This document shows positions 1 through 14,377 of a stretch of 64,000 bases of DNA, one piece after another. The notes under the pieces were generated by a model. The model made no database searches and had not been told where the DNA came from. It saw only the letters and a list, made by a program, of their open reading frames with translations. How positions within the stretch are numbered: position 1 is the stretch's first letter; the number at the start of each line of letters is the position of its first letter. A program made the translations under genes and the position numbers. Location of the stretch: assembly GCF_033153115.1 (NCBI RefSeq), contig NW_026889753.1, positions 1,860,001 through 1,924,000 on the forward strand, read 5' to 3'. The DNA is from Saccostrea echinata. Lineage: Eukaryota.

Positions 1-3000
1 GTATAATATAATGACATATGTTGCTCGAGCATTTCACACAAAAATATTATAAAAGCATGTTTAGAAACTTCTTTTGTCTAGAAATCATTAAAACTATGAA
101 TTTCGGGACTGATTTGATGGACACATATCCTTAAACTGTTATGAAGTTATTTTATCCTTAATATTTCAGAAAGTGGAAAATTTGTTGTGTATTAATGAAT
201 GTTTACAAACACAGGTACGTGTTTGACATAATGTTATGAAGAATATTTTTGTCATTGAATTTTAAGGATTTTCATGTTTAGTTCAATTCATTAAACTAAG
301 TTTATTTTTTGAATAAAAATAGAAATTTAAAATTGTAAACTAAAACTGCAATGGAACTGTGTCCAGGCCCCTTTAACTTGAATAATATTGTATAACTAAT
401 ACTTGTAAAAAAAGAAGTTGGAATGAAAAACAGAAAATATTCCCTGCCTTTAAGAGACACCTGAGTGATCTGGAACTAGGAACACAATTTTCTTACTATT
501 TCTATTTTCAGTTTTCTTAAGGACCCACTATACACCAGTGTGAAATGTTTTTTAGACATTGAGAAAATTATACTGAATAAAGGTGTAAATATTGAGCTTA
601 TCTATCTAATTTTCAATATACGGTATGTGGCATTTACCCCCAGGAAAAATGTTAAGAGACGACAAAGTATCAATGAACAGAAATCAGTATTGTTTGCTTC
701 CATGGAGAAAATACATGCAAATATAAAGTGTTCAATTAATTTATCTTGGCCTCTTACAAATGTTAAGAATACTAAATTAATTACAAGTTGAGTAATATAC
801 TGTAAATTTCAATTTATTGGAATTGAGATCTAAGGGCAGATCACTCTAACTACAGAAAAATACCATAGAATCAGAACTCTTTAGTGTGCAGTGTAGAGAG
901 GGTTCTTAAATGTGGATTCTTGCACAAGATATAAGAATTTATATAAACATCTTAATTTATCAAGCATTCACAATTTGTGACATTTTAATAAAGAGAAAGG
1001 CAAAAGTAACATACATATATCTACAGGTGTATTAAGGATATTTAAGATACAGTGATGTTTTGCATATGAACTGCACTTTCCATTGAAAATATTCATTTTT
1101 CAAAACAAAAAAAAACAACAAACAAACCCAAAACAGATTTGTATTTCATTTGGCATCAAGATAAATTGTGATAAAAACTTTTATAGAAAATTTTATTAAG
1201 AAGTCGTTTCTTTTATACCGGTAATAGGTGTATAGTTCTTAAGGACCAACTCATGTGTTCTTAATTAATAGCTTCATTATACAGCATTGAACAATTCAAA
1301 TAAGGGTATATAGCATTTAAATTAATTTTCATTCATTTCAAAATTATATATATATTCCTGACATTTCTATACCTCGAGTCAATAAATTTGAAGAAGACAA
1401 AATGTATACATGTATATTATTAACAATTCATGATATGAATTTAAAGACAATTCTGATTCTGTAAACACAGATGTATCAAAGTTTGTAGAAGAAAATTACC
1501 AGGTAATAAGCTTACATACAATAAACATAATCTTTGGTATATTTACTGAAAATCGGCAACAAAATACCATTAGCTTTCATTAAACAGTAATAATTTACAT
1601 GCAGATCTTACACTCTCTCTATACCTTATTTTTTGTGTAGAGAAAATTTTACTAAATTACCTGAAAATAAGTTCTCGCAAATAAAATGTGATTTACAGTA
1701 CTACAACATGTAAGAAACAAGTGAAAGAAAATAATCAGTTTGCACTCAGTTAATAAAACATACATTCTTAGATCTAGATCTACTGGCTTGCAGATAAAAT
1801 TTTAAGAAACTACATGTACATATATATATTGTAATGTACAAAAAATAAACTTGCTGCTTACAGCTAGCACTTGTAATTTTTATGTACTGTACATGTAAAT
1901 AAAAGGAAAACAAACAGTCTTAAAAAACATCTATGTCAAAATACATTCACAAATGTTAAGTGGAATTCAGATAAAAGCACAAGGCTTCCCTTGCCATTGG
2001 TCTCCCTGGAATTTCATTATTTCACAAATAAGAGATTATGCCATACCATATACAGTTTTTGAGCAAGCAAATGCAAGATATAAGAAATAATCAATACACT
2101 GATTGTTAAATCATGGACATTTTGTAAACAAAACAAAATATAATGTATACAAAATCAATCAATATCATAAGAAAAAATTTGGTAAATGTAAATTCTCAAT
2201 GTTAAAGCCAAAACAAATATAAAATTTAAGGAGAAGAAGGACACATTGTCACGATTCAGTTTAACTACATCATAGTCATATAAGTCTCCGATAATGTAGG
2301 TGCAAAACATTATTTAAATCATCAGTACTTGTGTAAATTTTTATTTGTTTTACTTCAATATCTTATATAAAAATATTAAAAAAGTTTTAACATTCCTGTC
2401 AACATTAACAAACAGCGAAAAAGATTGATCCACTCCTCTGTTTCCCTTCATTGCACGTCCAACAAGTCGGTGATGTCATACACGATCTGTTAGTACAACA
2501 GAAAAAAAACGAGGAACGCAAAAATGATTTTTATGTGGCTGTAGCAGAAATTTTATGTACGGCAGTTATACACGTATCCCTTACGTGTGACACCATAGTT
2601 AGTTTTTCCATACTTGAGAAATATTTGTAAACATTTTAATCATGCTCATGTCTTGTTTAATGATGTCCTGTGCAATACTGAGGTAAGTTTCAACTTTGTT
2701 TTTAAAGTTAATCAATTCAATGAAGGACTTAATTATAAGTTTCAATGAAAATTTTCAAATATTGAATGAAATTTTTTTTTTTTTTTTTTGCAAACTTGGT
2801 TTGTTGTTGCTAAAGTTGTCTTAAAAAGCATCATGCAATTTTCCAGATCTATATGCAGTGTTCTAAGAAACCTGATGAAAGAAATGATTTAAGGTGTATG
2901 GGACATACTAAATTAGTAATATACAAAATTTTGGAAAAAAAAAATTGAATAACAATTTTTTTCAGGTCAAGGTCCTTCTTCCCTTTGAATTTTCACTAAC

Positions 3001-3604
3001 AAGCTACAAATCAGTACATTATATGTACACCAACAAACTCAAAGCTATGAGTATGCATATACATTGTACTATATCTGTAAATGCACCATTTACCAATTTA
3101 AAGCTTTCATGTAATACTGGTTTATACCCAAATAAACATTATTTTTATGAAGAATCAGAACAATTGTACAACAATTGAAAATTGAGAAGGTTAATTGTTG
3201 CAAACCTCACAATTAAAAGACTTGGTTAGAGCAAATCACCACTTACTGCTGAAATTGCTTAGTCATATCCATACGTGTTACATCCATATAATCATTCATT
3301 AAAATCTAGTACTGTGTAAAAAAAATTAGATTGCTGTTAACAGGCATTCACAATATCTATGATTGCTAAAACTTGTTTTACTGTTTATTTTTTCCCCATC
3401 TTTAAATGACTACTGAAACAAAGAAATAAAAGGTGATTTGCAACAAAACCAAATTAAAAAAAATTGCCTGAAGCTATTCAATTGACTAAAACTGAAAGAA
3501 ATATGAAAGAAATTACATGGGCAGGTTCACTATTCTGATTATGGTATCAACATTTCTCTAGCACTCATTGGACTAGCACTTTTTTGTCATTGTTTGCTTG
3601 TTGA

Positions 3605-6600
3605 TTAGAGTCTTGCTTTAGGTTTTCTAGCTATAGTAGCATTGATGTTTCCTGATGGTTTATCAGTAGGCATGTAGACCTGTAAAGAAAATTATATCCA
3701 TTATATTCAACTTCAAAAACAAGATGCCATGAGCTACAATGCTCACCTGAGTCACATAAGCCCTGCTATTCCTCATCAGAAATCAGACTTCATATTGTGG
3801 CCCAAGCTAGGTTTAATTGGGATTGAACAAACTTTTATTTGCACTGCCTGATGATGACTGCAGTTTAATACTACTGACCACAACCCTTCTATTCTTGAGA
3901 AGAAGATTTGAAAACACCTTTCCAGATATATTTCCATGTAAAACACTGATCTGCTATTATAGGCCAACTTTACCCTCCAGGGCCATTATATGAACAAACT
4001 TGATCCTGCACAATGTCAAAAAGCTTCCACATAAGTTTCATCTTTTCTGATCCAGTGATTCTTGAGAAGAAGATTTTTAAATGACAACCCCCTATGTTCA
4101 CTATTTCTTAATTATCTCCCTTTTCAAGAGGGTGTGGCCCTTCAATTGAACAATTTAAATCCCATTCACCAAAGAATGCTTTGTGCCAAGTTGGGTTGGA
4201 ATTAGCCCAGAGGTTCTGGAGAAGAAGTAAAAAGTGTTAAAAGTTTACAACAACGTCAGACAATGGATACATTTCGATCAGTAAAGCTCACTGGAGTCTT
4301 AAGCTCAAGTGAGCTAAAAAGGAACAAACCTTGTAATAATAACTATGGTAGCTGTGAAAAATTTCAGAATGCATGAAAAGGTCATCATAGTACAATTCAA
4401 AGTTTTTTAATCAATCTTTTGTGGTTTTATTTTTTTTTCTGTATTTTGTCAATTGAAACAATACACTTACATTGTCATCATTCTTTATGAAGTCAATCTT
4501 TGGAAACTTGGAAAAGTCAATTCCAAAATAATGCACATTTGGAAGATTCATATACACCTTTTCAACCTGAAAGAAATTAATACCTTTAAAAAAATTTCAA
4601 TATTTCTTCTAAAAACCATCATTTGACATACCCCGGTACTAAATCACTTTTTATTCTCAAGAACTTTATTTTGACCTAATTATGCAAGACTATCAGCTTG
4701 CAAAAATTTTATTCTCATCATCATGTATATTTGTTTATAAAAGATTGTTTACAACAATGATCATTGACAAAATTCTTGAAAATGATGTCTCACTTATAAA
4801 TACCAAATGATATCTCGCGAAAATAAGGTGCTGCAAGTACATGTATTTGGTGATCTACAGTTCCGTACTTCTTTGACATGTATAATGTCTTAAAGACTTT
4901 GTTCCAGCACTATTAAGGACATAAGCAACGTAGTTTGAACTTTATTGTCTTTTCCCCTGAAGTTGAAGAGTTCCAATACTTAAAAGAACTGTGTGGTACA
5001 TTTTAATGTCTATATATTCTGTTGTACACTTCTTCTTAAACAAGTTTGGATAAACAAAACATCAAGAATTTATGTTTAGTAATTTTTATACATTTTTCTT
5101 TGAATTATGCAATAATTTTCATCAATTGATATCTTTTTAAAACCCCTGGTAATGTATGTTGATTTTTTGTATATGGACATCTAATGGCACTATAATCTTG
5201 AATTAAGAATATCTTGAAAAATTATCAGTAGGTAAGGTACGTTGCGTATGTCCTTAAAATACTGTATACATACTTATTCTAACATTAATCATATTTAAGT
5301 GCCTTTTGCAGTGCTTCTGCTCCACTAATTCATGATTATGCTTACATATAATTAGATCAATTCAATTTGTTAAAGTCTCAAGTGCCCTTTATGATTGGGC
5401 TAAACAGTTGAAGAGGTAGGATCTGCTATATTTTGAGTGTGCTTACTGGTATTTATATACATTTATACAGTAGTGCTCAGTTCTATAAATAGTGAAATAA
5501 ATGACAGCCAAATATATAGAACAGTTCAAAATATTGACAAATTTATGTTTAGCAAAAGTAATGTAAAATTACTACCTAATACATGTATTTTGATTAGCTT
5601 TATTTTCACGAGACATAAGCATTTTATCTATTTGCCAGGGGTTAGGTATGCCACATTGTGAAGATTTTAAGTTATGATGAATGAAAAAGCCAGTTGCAAG
5701 TGGCTATTGATTTTAGTTCGCCACTAACTTTGAAACTTTTTTTTCACTAAAGCCCCCAACATGGGGTTTGTTAGTACAATAAAAGTTTAACAATTTGAAC
5801 ATCAACATGTGAGCAGTTAACTTAATGAACTACAAAAAGATCTATGATATGGACAGTACTGACAGTTGCTAAGACAGTTTGTAGCCATATTACTGACAGC
5901 TTTTACTTACCCCTGGCATTTTTGCAAGGATGTTCTGCGCAGTGAGATAGAGGGTATTTTGTACTGAGGGTGAGTATTCTCCCCGGTCAGCTGGTCCTGC
6001 AAATGTTTCCAAAATAATGCTCTTCACTCCTTCCCTATAAAAAATATAAGATGTCTTAACAAGGGTAGAAAATGTACTATATTATTGATTGTACTCTGAT
6101 TGTAATCTGAGTTAAATGTTATAAAGCAAATATATTACAGGGGTTTGTACTATCAATACAGTCAAACCTGTATTAATCGATTTTTCAAATTCAAATACAG
6201 TATTCTGAAATTTTGCTTATATCAATATTAACTTAATTCCAGTTCCTTTCAATAAATTAAATTCAATTGATAACAAGATGTGTTTGTGAAACACCGATGC
6301 CCCCGTATGGCAGCTTATGGCGAAAGTTAAAATTTCTCAAATGCAAGTCAAAATCCAGGCCAAAAGATAAAAAAATTTAAATTTGAAAGCCCTAGCTGCA
6401 ACTGTTCAAAAGTTATGGCAAAGGTTAAAGTCTTTTAAAAGTAAGTAAAACATCAAGGTCAAGGTCAAAGTTGTTGGTATCCAAAGGAAGGTCTTGTCAC
6501 ACGGATTACATATGTAAAGTATGAAAGCCCTAGCACCAACCATTCAAAAATTATGACCAAAGTTAAAGTTTTTCAAAAGTAGGTCAAACTCCTATGTCAA

Positions 6601-6866
6601 GGTCAAAGGGTCAAAGTGGTTGGTATCCAAAGGAAGGTGATGTCACAAGGATTACATTTGTGAAGTATGAAAGCCCTAGCATCAACCATTCAAAAGTTAT
6701 GGCCAAGGTTAAAGTTTTTCAAAAGTAGGTCAAACTCCTAGGTCAAGGTCAAAGGGTCAAAGAGGTTGATATCCAGAGGAAGGTCTTGTCACAAGGAATA
6801 CACATGTGAAGTTTGAAACCCCAAGCACCAACTGTTCAAAAGTTATGGCCAAGGTTAAAGTTTTTC

Positions 6867-6897
<31 letters not shown>

Positions 6898-7022
6898 AAA
6901 GGTCAAAGTTGTTGGTATCCAAAGGAAGGCCTTGTCACAAAGAATACACATGTGAAGTTTGAAACCCCAAGCACCAACTGTTCAGAAGTTATGGCCAAGG
7001 TTAAAGTCTCATAAAATTTTGC

Positions 7023-7053
<31 letters not shown>

Positions 7054-10000
7054 AAGGTCAAACAAAATGGTACCTAAAGAAAGGTCTTGTCACAAGGAAT
7101 ACACATGTGAAATATTAAAGTCATAGCTCCAACCAATCAAAAGTTATGGGCAAGGTTAAAGTTGATAACAGACAGACAGACAAACAGACAAACACAATAT
7201 ACCCGGGATCTTTCGATCCGGGGGCATAAAAATGTTGTCAAATCCAGAATCTTGTCTCATCCAGCCAATTTCTATAGAACCATTGGTGTCTACATTTAGG
7301 TAAGATTAACTTTATTATAGGACTTCTTCAATGTTTCTTTTTGTTCGAAGATTTTACCAAGTTTCTGAAAACTTACAGTTTATCTAAGTATTCACACCTG
7401 TACTTTAACTACACAAATTAAAGATGTGTTTTGGGATTGCAGTTCCAAAATATATTTATGTCCAGGTTGAAGGTATTCAATAACACTTATTATGATAAGT
7501 AGGAAAGGCATGTAAAATAGCATTTGTTCTCTATGGTATAACATTTTCTTCTCACCATGTCCTCTCAAAGTCAATATCTGAGGTGTTGTACCACCATTTA
7601 CACTGCACAACAGTACAGAATAATCTATCATCTGCATCTGGGAGAGTACGGAATTCATCAGAAACAAAATTTTTAAAGGCTGACTGGGTCGTCTTCATAA
7701 CCCTCAACTCACTCAGGGCTGTCCATATTGTGGGCTTTTCTGCAAATAAGGTTAAAGCAAATTATTTTCCAATCCTTGCTTTTAAAATATTTTATTCTAT
7801 AGAATATAAATTCTAATTGCATTAGTTTTTAAGTGAGAGGGTGCTGAATGGCTGGGAGGGAATAAACACGTCATGAAATTGATCTAATCTGCATCATCCA
7901 GACATTTTCTTATACAGTGTATCTCCGAGTAAGGTAAACACAAAGCAGGGATGATTGAGACTTCCTTACAATGGCGTGGTGGTTCATTCAGCCAGGTCAA
8001 GATGTAAAAGTTGTTGAACAAACTGTTACACTTCAATTTTTGTCCCTCATTTAAACCTATTTTGGGCTTACTAAAGCCCATATTTTGTCAGCCCCTCAAC
8101 TTCCAAACTATTTCAGATATTTTGGCCAATTCACAGAATCATCACTGAGTGCAGTTAACACTTATCACTCATATTCCCTTCAGAGTGATGGCAGCAGCTT
8201 AGAGGGATGGATCTTAAGTTCTTCAGCTTTTCTTCATTAAAGTCTTAAACTTCTAAATGAAGAGTTGTAGAAACATGAAAGCATCTACAATGGAATCTTA
8301 CTTTTGAAAGTTGGCCAAGGTCAATGGTCAATGTAAACTTAGCAAAATGATGTGAGCATGTGACCTTGAACTTTAATCTTCAGGTCACAAATAACCTTTG
8401 TCACCTTTAAATTTTTTCACCCTAATGCTTAGTTGTTATATACATGTTTCTATAAACTTACCTTATCTTACTGTCTAACACCCCCCTTCCATCCCACCCC
8501 TTCTATTTGCAATAGTAATCATAGTATAGTCTATTTGTGTAGCAAGTCTTATTGAAATCTGACTGAAACTGTAGGAGGAGTAACTTTTTGAAAGATTTTC
8601 AAAGAAATTTTTATTTATACTCACACAGGGCAACATCAAATGTCTCAAAAACCAATAAATAGAATTATTTATCTTGTAAGAAAAGTCTACTAGTGAACAA
8701 ACTCACTAAAATTGGATTTAAACTGTAGTAGTAGGAATTATTTCTATTTTTGTAACCATGGCAACACTGATTGTAAAAACTGATATACAGAATTATGTCC
8801 CAGTATCTTGGTGTAGTCTACTTTTGTACCAATTAAGTCTTATAAATTGAACAAAAACTTAAAAGAAGTAGTGTTTTGAAAGAAATTCACAGAAATTTCT
8901 ATTTTTAGTAACAATGGCAACATTGCTTGTAGATATCTGAAATATCAAAAACTGATGTACAGAATCATGCATCTTAGGCCAAAGTTTTTATTTTTTTTGG
9001 TTTACGATTTTCTGTCTCAAAAAAATGCATTGGGTGGTCGAAAAATAAAAATAAAAATAATTTAGGATTCAACAATTTCATTTTAAAATAACAGCAATGT
9101 TTATTTTAATAAAAATAATACACGTCAATAGTACTTTTAAGTTTTATTGTCTATTTTATTGTCACATAACTCTTTTTATTTAATTTTAATTCATTTCTAA
9201 CTTTAGACTGAATGTCATTTTCATTTACATATTGTTCTGATTTTTGTTTGTCAATCAGTGCTTAGTTCATGATGTTCAACATTTTGTGCTCTTCAGTGAT
9301 ATGTGATGTGTTATAAACCTTGGTATCCCCACAAACTAAAAATAAGGATCCAAATTCAAGTTAAATTTAGATTGAAGAAAAATACAATTTAAGTGTTTAA
9401 CAATATTAAAAGTAATTGACGTTGAAATAAAGGTTATAATAATTTGATCATGCAGCTATCAAATTTAATGTTCAACCTGTGGCAAAAAAGCCTGTAATAA
9501 TTTCTCAATCAAGTCCTTCTTTAAATGTTTGTTATGTACCTGCACAGTAGGCAATGCTCATTATTTATTAGTAATTCAAAGGGCTTTAATCTCAATTGAG
9601 TATGAAATTTGCAAATATTTGTATATTGAATTTACTTCTATAAACTAACAGATGTTTTATACACATTTGAATTTATCCAGTGAAATACCAGTCAACGTTG
9701 CTTCAACTAAGATGTATCTCTCAACACTAAATTAGACTAACTATTATCCATGGATTTATCAGCCTATTTTGGGAAACACCATTTTTGGGGAATTGGGAAA
9801 AAATTATCGGCTATTTGATGAAATTGCAAATTTTTTTTTTTAAAATGTTGCTTAAATCATGTACTCAGGGGTAATTCATTTAACATTTCAGCACGAACTC
9901 TAATTTGGGCAACCAAATGACAATTAAATATGATCCATCTTATTCGTACAAAATCAATTATGAATAATAGACTAATAAAAGTAAAATGGACTTCAATGAG

Positions 10001-13000
10001 TATAAAGCATTTATACAACTTAGGGTAGTACATGTACATGTGTGTATGAGATTTCAATTTAGATCATTATAGTATCTGTTTCTGGAGATTATAAACCTCC
10101 TGCAAAAAATTATACTAAGTACACATTTTCTAAAAGTCCTCTTTTAATATGTATAAATGCATTGAAAATATATTTTTCTCTCTGAAATAATGCCTAAAGT
10201 CCTTACCATTAACTCGCAGATCAAATGAGTAGGTGGAAATAACTTAATAAATCTATATAATTACACAGTATCATCATTTTTAGAAAAAAAGAGGAAATTC
10301 GGATTAAAAGTTGGCGATGTTTTTACAGCGTTTTTAAACATGTGTTATGACTGTAGCTTTGCTAAATGAGTTAAAATTACAGACAATCTGACAATTTTAC
10401 TTAGTTTTTTTCCAAGATAATTAAAAATAAAAGCATTGTTCACCAATTGAGAAAAATACTGCCAAATTGGGAAAAACTGAACTCATTTTCAATTGGGAAT
10501 GGGCCGAACTTCGGCCCCTGAGAAGGCACTGATAAATCCTTATTATCTATAGGTGTATCCGTGTCTGCTAGGTCGATCAGGGTTGGGCACACACTCTCCA
10601 ATATTACGGTATGAATTTAGCCCATTGAGACATTGCAATTGGAGAAAGGGATCATTTATCCAAGATTTTATTCACTTTTCCATGCAGAAAAAGTTCTTTA
10701 AGTGTGTGCAATTGCTTTCAGTGAGGAATTACCTTGTTACATGACAGAGCCGCCATTTTTGGTTAGCACATGTGTTTATTTACGGTCACCTAAATGTTTG
10801 TAAAGGTCTCATATATTTATAAGCGCTTATTTGACTAAGATGCATTCTAAAATTTAAAATCCACCAGTTCAGCTGAGAAAAATCCAGAAAAATATGTCGG
10901 AAAAAGACATTATTTTTAATTTCATGATTTGTGAAAATTAGGGTCGGCGGAATCGTAAACCAAACGAAAAAAAAACTTTGGCCTTAGTATAATCTACTTG
11001 TGTACCAAGTCTTTATTCAAATCAGACCCAAAACTGTAGGAGTAGTAGCATTTTGAAAGAATTTCAAAGATATTTCTATTTTTAATAACCATGGCAACAC
11101 TGTTAATCAGAATCAAAAACCGATACTTAGAATTATGTACCTTACTATAGTTTACTTGTGTATTAAGTCTTAATATTAAAATCAGACCAAAACAGTAGGA
11201 AGAGTTATTTTTGAAAGAATTTCAAAAAAAATTTTTAGTAAACATGGCAACATCCTTTGTTGAAATCAAAAATAGGTCTTAGTATAGTTTACATTTGTAC
11301 CAAGTCTTACTGAAATCGCACCAAAACTGTAGGAGAAGTAGTTTTTTGAAAAATTGTTTACAGACGGACAGACACACAGCAGACACCTTACTAATGCATA
11401 TGCTCTTCTGGTCTCTGACCATGCTGACCAGTAGAGCTAATAAACTAATCTATTCATATTCAAAATTAAGTGTTCAAAAGAGCTCTGTACACCTTCTTTA
11501 TCAGACTTTGATACATACCATCTCTAACCTTTTCTACTTCACAAACATGCTTGGCTTCATGACTGAATAGAAAAGCGTGAACATGCTGCTGTCCTCCCTA
11601 TATACAACATTGCAAAATAAAAATCAAACTGTCAGCAAATATCAAGCAACCTAGCTATAATGTTAGAGAATACGTAGTGTTAACATCATGCTCTTAAACA
11701 AAGGGTATATGCAAAGGCAAATTTTCTTAAGGTGTATTTAATGAATTCTGGATATATTAACTGTTACTGACAGTCTCTAAAAGAAGACTACATGTAGAAT
11801 GTCATTCGGTCAAGTTTTCCAATTATGCACTTGAGGCTAATTCTTATTTTAAAAAAAATCAAATAAAAACAAAAAAAGCTAATTCAGGGAATTTATGTCA
11901 CCAGCTTAAGGACAGGTTATCCAAGATATCAAGAAACAATATAAATGCAATACACAAGTTTGTGACCTTGACCTTTCACCTCAAAATCAACAGTGTCATG
12001 TTTTATTTATAGACAGTGCTGAAGTGAATCTGGAAACCATATCATATATGAATTTGTGACCTTGACCTTTCTCTTTCTGGCCTCAAAATCAATAGGATTA
12101 AGTTAGAGTAATGAACTAAACTCAAAATGATCTTTAGCCATCATTTGGCAGCCATTTTATGCAATATATAAAACTTTAACTTGGCCTTTTGACCTCAAAA
12201 TTAACGTACTAGGTTTTTTCAAGTCATAGAGAGTCAGGACATAAAATTTCACTGCAAAAGCTAACAAACTTTTAGAGATATCAGTTTGAAACTTGAGTAT
12301 CAAATACAGTCAGAATGAGGGACAGACAACAGACAGACCCAAATCAATATCCCCCTCTTCTCGCAAAAGCAGGAGACAATAATTAAAGCAACAACTGCAC
12401 TGCAAGTTTCTTTAAATTCTAAACTCAGAAATCTTGGAAAATTTACCCAAGTTCTAACTTTATATCAAAGTTAAATATAGGCACAAGATCTGAAGACTTA
12501 CAATCTCCATGCGTTTCCATGGTGCTTCTTCAATATGGATTCTTGCCCTTATAACATGCCGATACTTTCTCAGAAAATGTTCACAAAGCAGCAAAGCAAA
12601 TCTTTCTGAGCTTTTTACCTACCATAAGCAAATTGATAATTATGAATAATAGTGCTTTTTTATAGTCCAAAATATAACAAAGGCTTTTGTTATACATGTA
12701 CCTTTAAATATTGGTTTATATATAAATCTATACTTAAAATCTAAACATTTCCAAAATTTTACTGAATAGTCATAAAAAAAATCCATGTTTGACTGCAAAA
12801 CGAGATATTGGACCTGTTGATGAGCTATTGAACCGCATACGTCACACAGTCGGCGGGATCAGCTAAGTCTTATTTGCATTTGTTGGTGTCTGACAGTAAT
12901 GGAATTGACTTAAACGACAGTATAAAGGAAATTTACATAAAGGAAATTAGCGCAAGATACATGTATGTCAAAAAAAAATAAATAGAGAGGTATAAAAAAA

Positions 13001-13414
13001 CATTATTGACTGTGCCCTTGGGCAATTTTTGAAAATTCGAGATTTTCAACATTTAGCATGTATGCCAGCCACTGTAAATCAGGATTTGTATCAGATAGAA
13101 CTTTACCAACATGAACCAAATAATGACTACGGTATACTGTTTTCAAATGAGTTTACAGGGGAGAATTCATTCCAACCTACCCCATACTGCCTAGCGAGTA
13201 CATAGACAGTGTTTTTCTGGGAGTCTGTTGCTATGATGTCACTGTTATCTCCATGGGTGTAGTCCTTGACATTGTTCAAGGTCAGCTCTGTGCTGACCTC
13301 TAGCTCTTTCACATAATGAATATCTCCTTCTCTCCTCAAGTACAAAAGTTTTACAAAATTCTTCCCGTATCCAGTGTAAACAAACTCCGATTGAACCACA
13401 GATTCTGAAGCCAT
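3605..13414 (-). CDS. UOX: Uricase (urate oxidase), ~302 aa, 7 coding exons
   Basis: Exons (minus) 13414-13181, 12618-12502, 11597-11519, 7739-7556, 6034-5911, 4566-4471, 3679-3605, all GT-AG with compatible phases. Motifs YGK, IIATDSQKNT, EEAPWKR, HVHAF, KTTQSAF, DR, YSPSVQ, LPNVH, DKPSG. Ends ARL* (PTS1 peroxisomal signal). Confidence 0.96.
3718..4320 (+). mobile_element. Non-autonomous Helentron/HINE-like (pearl-type) element in last uricase intron
   Basis: Starts AACAAGATGCC...GCTCACCTGAG and ends in hairpin AAGCTCAC...GTGAGCTAAAAA. Body resembles the 165-bp monomer at 51.0-51.85 kb. Confidence 0.7.
4917..5253. mobile_element. MITE with TTAA TSD (Kolobok-like)
   Basis: TTAA|GGACATAAGCAACGTA ... 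TACGTTGCGTATGTCC|TTAA. Confidence 0.7.
6272..7232 (+). mobile_element. HINE-like element with ~146-bp internal tandem array (~5 copies)
   Basis: AACAAGATGTGTTTGTGAAACAC start; AAAAGTAGGTCAAACTCC recurs at 6575, 6721, 6867; (ACAG)n tract; 3' hairpin CCCGGGATC..GATCCGGGG-CATAAAAA. Confidence 0.75.
8977..10983. mobile_element. Non-autonomous PIF/Harbinger-like element, 3-bp TTA TSD
   Basis: TTA|GGCCAAAGTTTTT..TTTGGTTTACGATT ... AATCGTAAACCAAA..AAAAACTTTGGCC|TTA; the host monomer resumes across it. Confidence 0.75.
9749..10540. mobile_element. hAT-like MITE nested in the Harbinger-like element
   Basis: TIR GGATTTATCAG/CTGATAAATCC, flanked by duplicated TATTATC (9742-9748, 10541-10547). Confidence 0.6.
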
Positions 13415-13692
13415 CTGCAAAATAAAGCTGTTGTTGAAATTTTAACATTAAGTGTATCATGCATAATTAAAATAAGATTATTGATTTACGATTTTTTTTT
13501 TTAACAAGTCTAACATTTTTAAGTCACAAAACTATGAGGAAATTCAGATAACAGCATGTGAAATGATAAGACTGGTGCTCTACTAATGTATACGAGTTCA
13601 AATATTCAACAAGAACACAAAGGAATGTGTATAAAAGCCAAGATAATACTTCTGGATCTCAAGAAAAAAAAAAGAAAAAAATTTCAGCTTAC

Positions 13693-13750
13693 CATTTCCT
13701 TTTGCTGTAAAATGCAGCTAACAACACTGATAAACTTGGTATATTTATAT
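13693..13750 (-). promoter_or_regulatory. Candidate uricase promoter and short first exon
   Basis: Minus strand has TATAAAT at ~13749-13743, then ...AGGAAATG|GTAAG (donor at 13692). The next exon starts at an acceptor TTTTGCAG|ATG at 13414. Confidence 0.5.
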
Positions 13751-14060
13751 GTAAAACATAAACTTTGATAAATGCATTAAATTTTAAATTGTTTGTGCAT
13801 TTGTACATATCTACATTTTGTGGTTCATTACTTTATTGTCTTTAGCATGCATATTTTCTTCTTACTAGAATCAATTTGTTAAAAACAAGGTTATCTGTTG
13901 TAAATGTTACATGCTCATTTTATTCAGAATACTGTCCAGTGTGTGTTAAAATTGTAGAAAGTACAGTAACTGACATAATCTTGTCAAAATATCACAAATC
14001 TGACAGTCAAACTCTATTAGAACAGTTCAGGTTTGTTGTAAATAGCATACAGATAATTAA

Positions 14061-14377
14061 GGTCAGACGACACGTTCCTCAAATATTTGCTTTTTGTCTC
14101 TCTGTAATTTACCAAAAATATTTATAATTATTGTTATCTTGCTATTTCTAAACTGTTTTTAAAATATCTTTTAAAAAATGAAGACTGAAAAATTGTGATA
14201 TAAGCAATTCAAGTCTTTTCCAAATGGATTATATAGGAAACACTATCCTCCGTTACCTTCCACAAATGCCTGGTAAGGTGCCTCAATTTTTTGCGAGGAA
14301 ACTTGTTAAAGTAGAAATACTTCAGTGACAAATTATTGGGGAAAATTATATATTATTGAGGAACGTGTCGTCTGACC
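14061..14377. mobile_element. MITE with perfect 22-bp TIR and TTAA TSD (Kolobok-like)
   Basis: TTAA|GGTCAGACGACACGTTCCTCAA ... TTGAGGAACGTGTCGTCTGACC|TTAA. Confidence 0.85.

Larger units (their letters stand above)
8290..11440 (+). repeat. Degenerate HINE/satellite-like element interrupted by nested MITEs
   Basis: Recurring AACTGTAGGAG..TTTTGAAAGA..CCATGGCAACA monomers on both sides of 8977-10983; ends ACAGACGGACAGAC...TGCTCTTCTGGTC..GACCAGTAGAGCTAA. Confidence 0.6.

Noticed and set aside
2400-2690. Slightly CpG-richer patch with a plus-strand donor-like GAG|GTAAGT at ~2682
   Set aside because: No ORF or partner exon could be supported from sequence alone.
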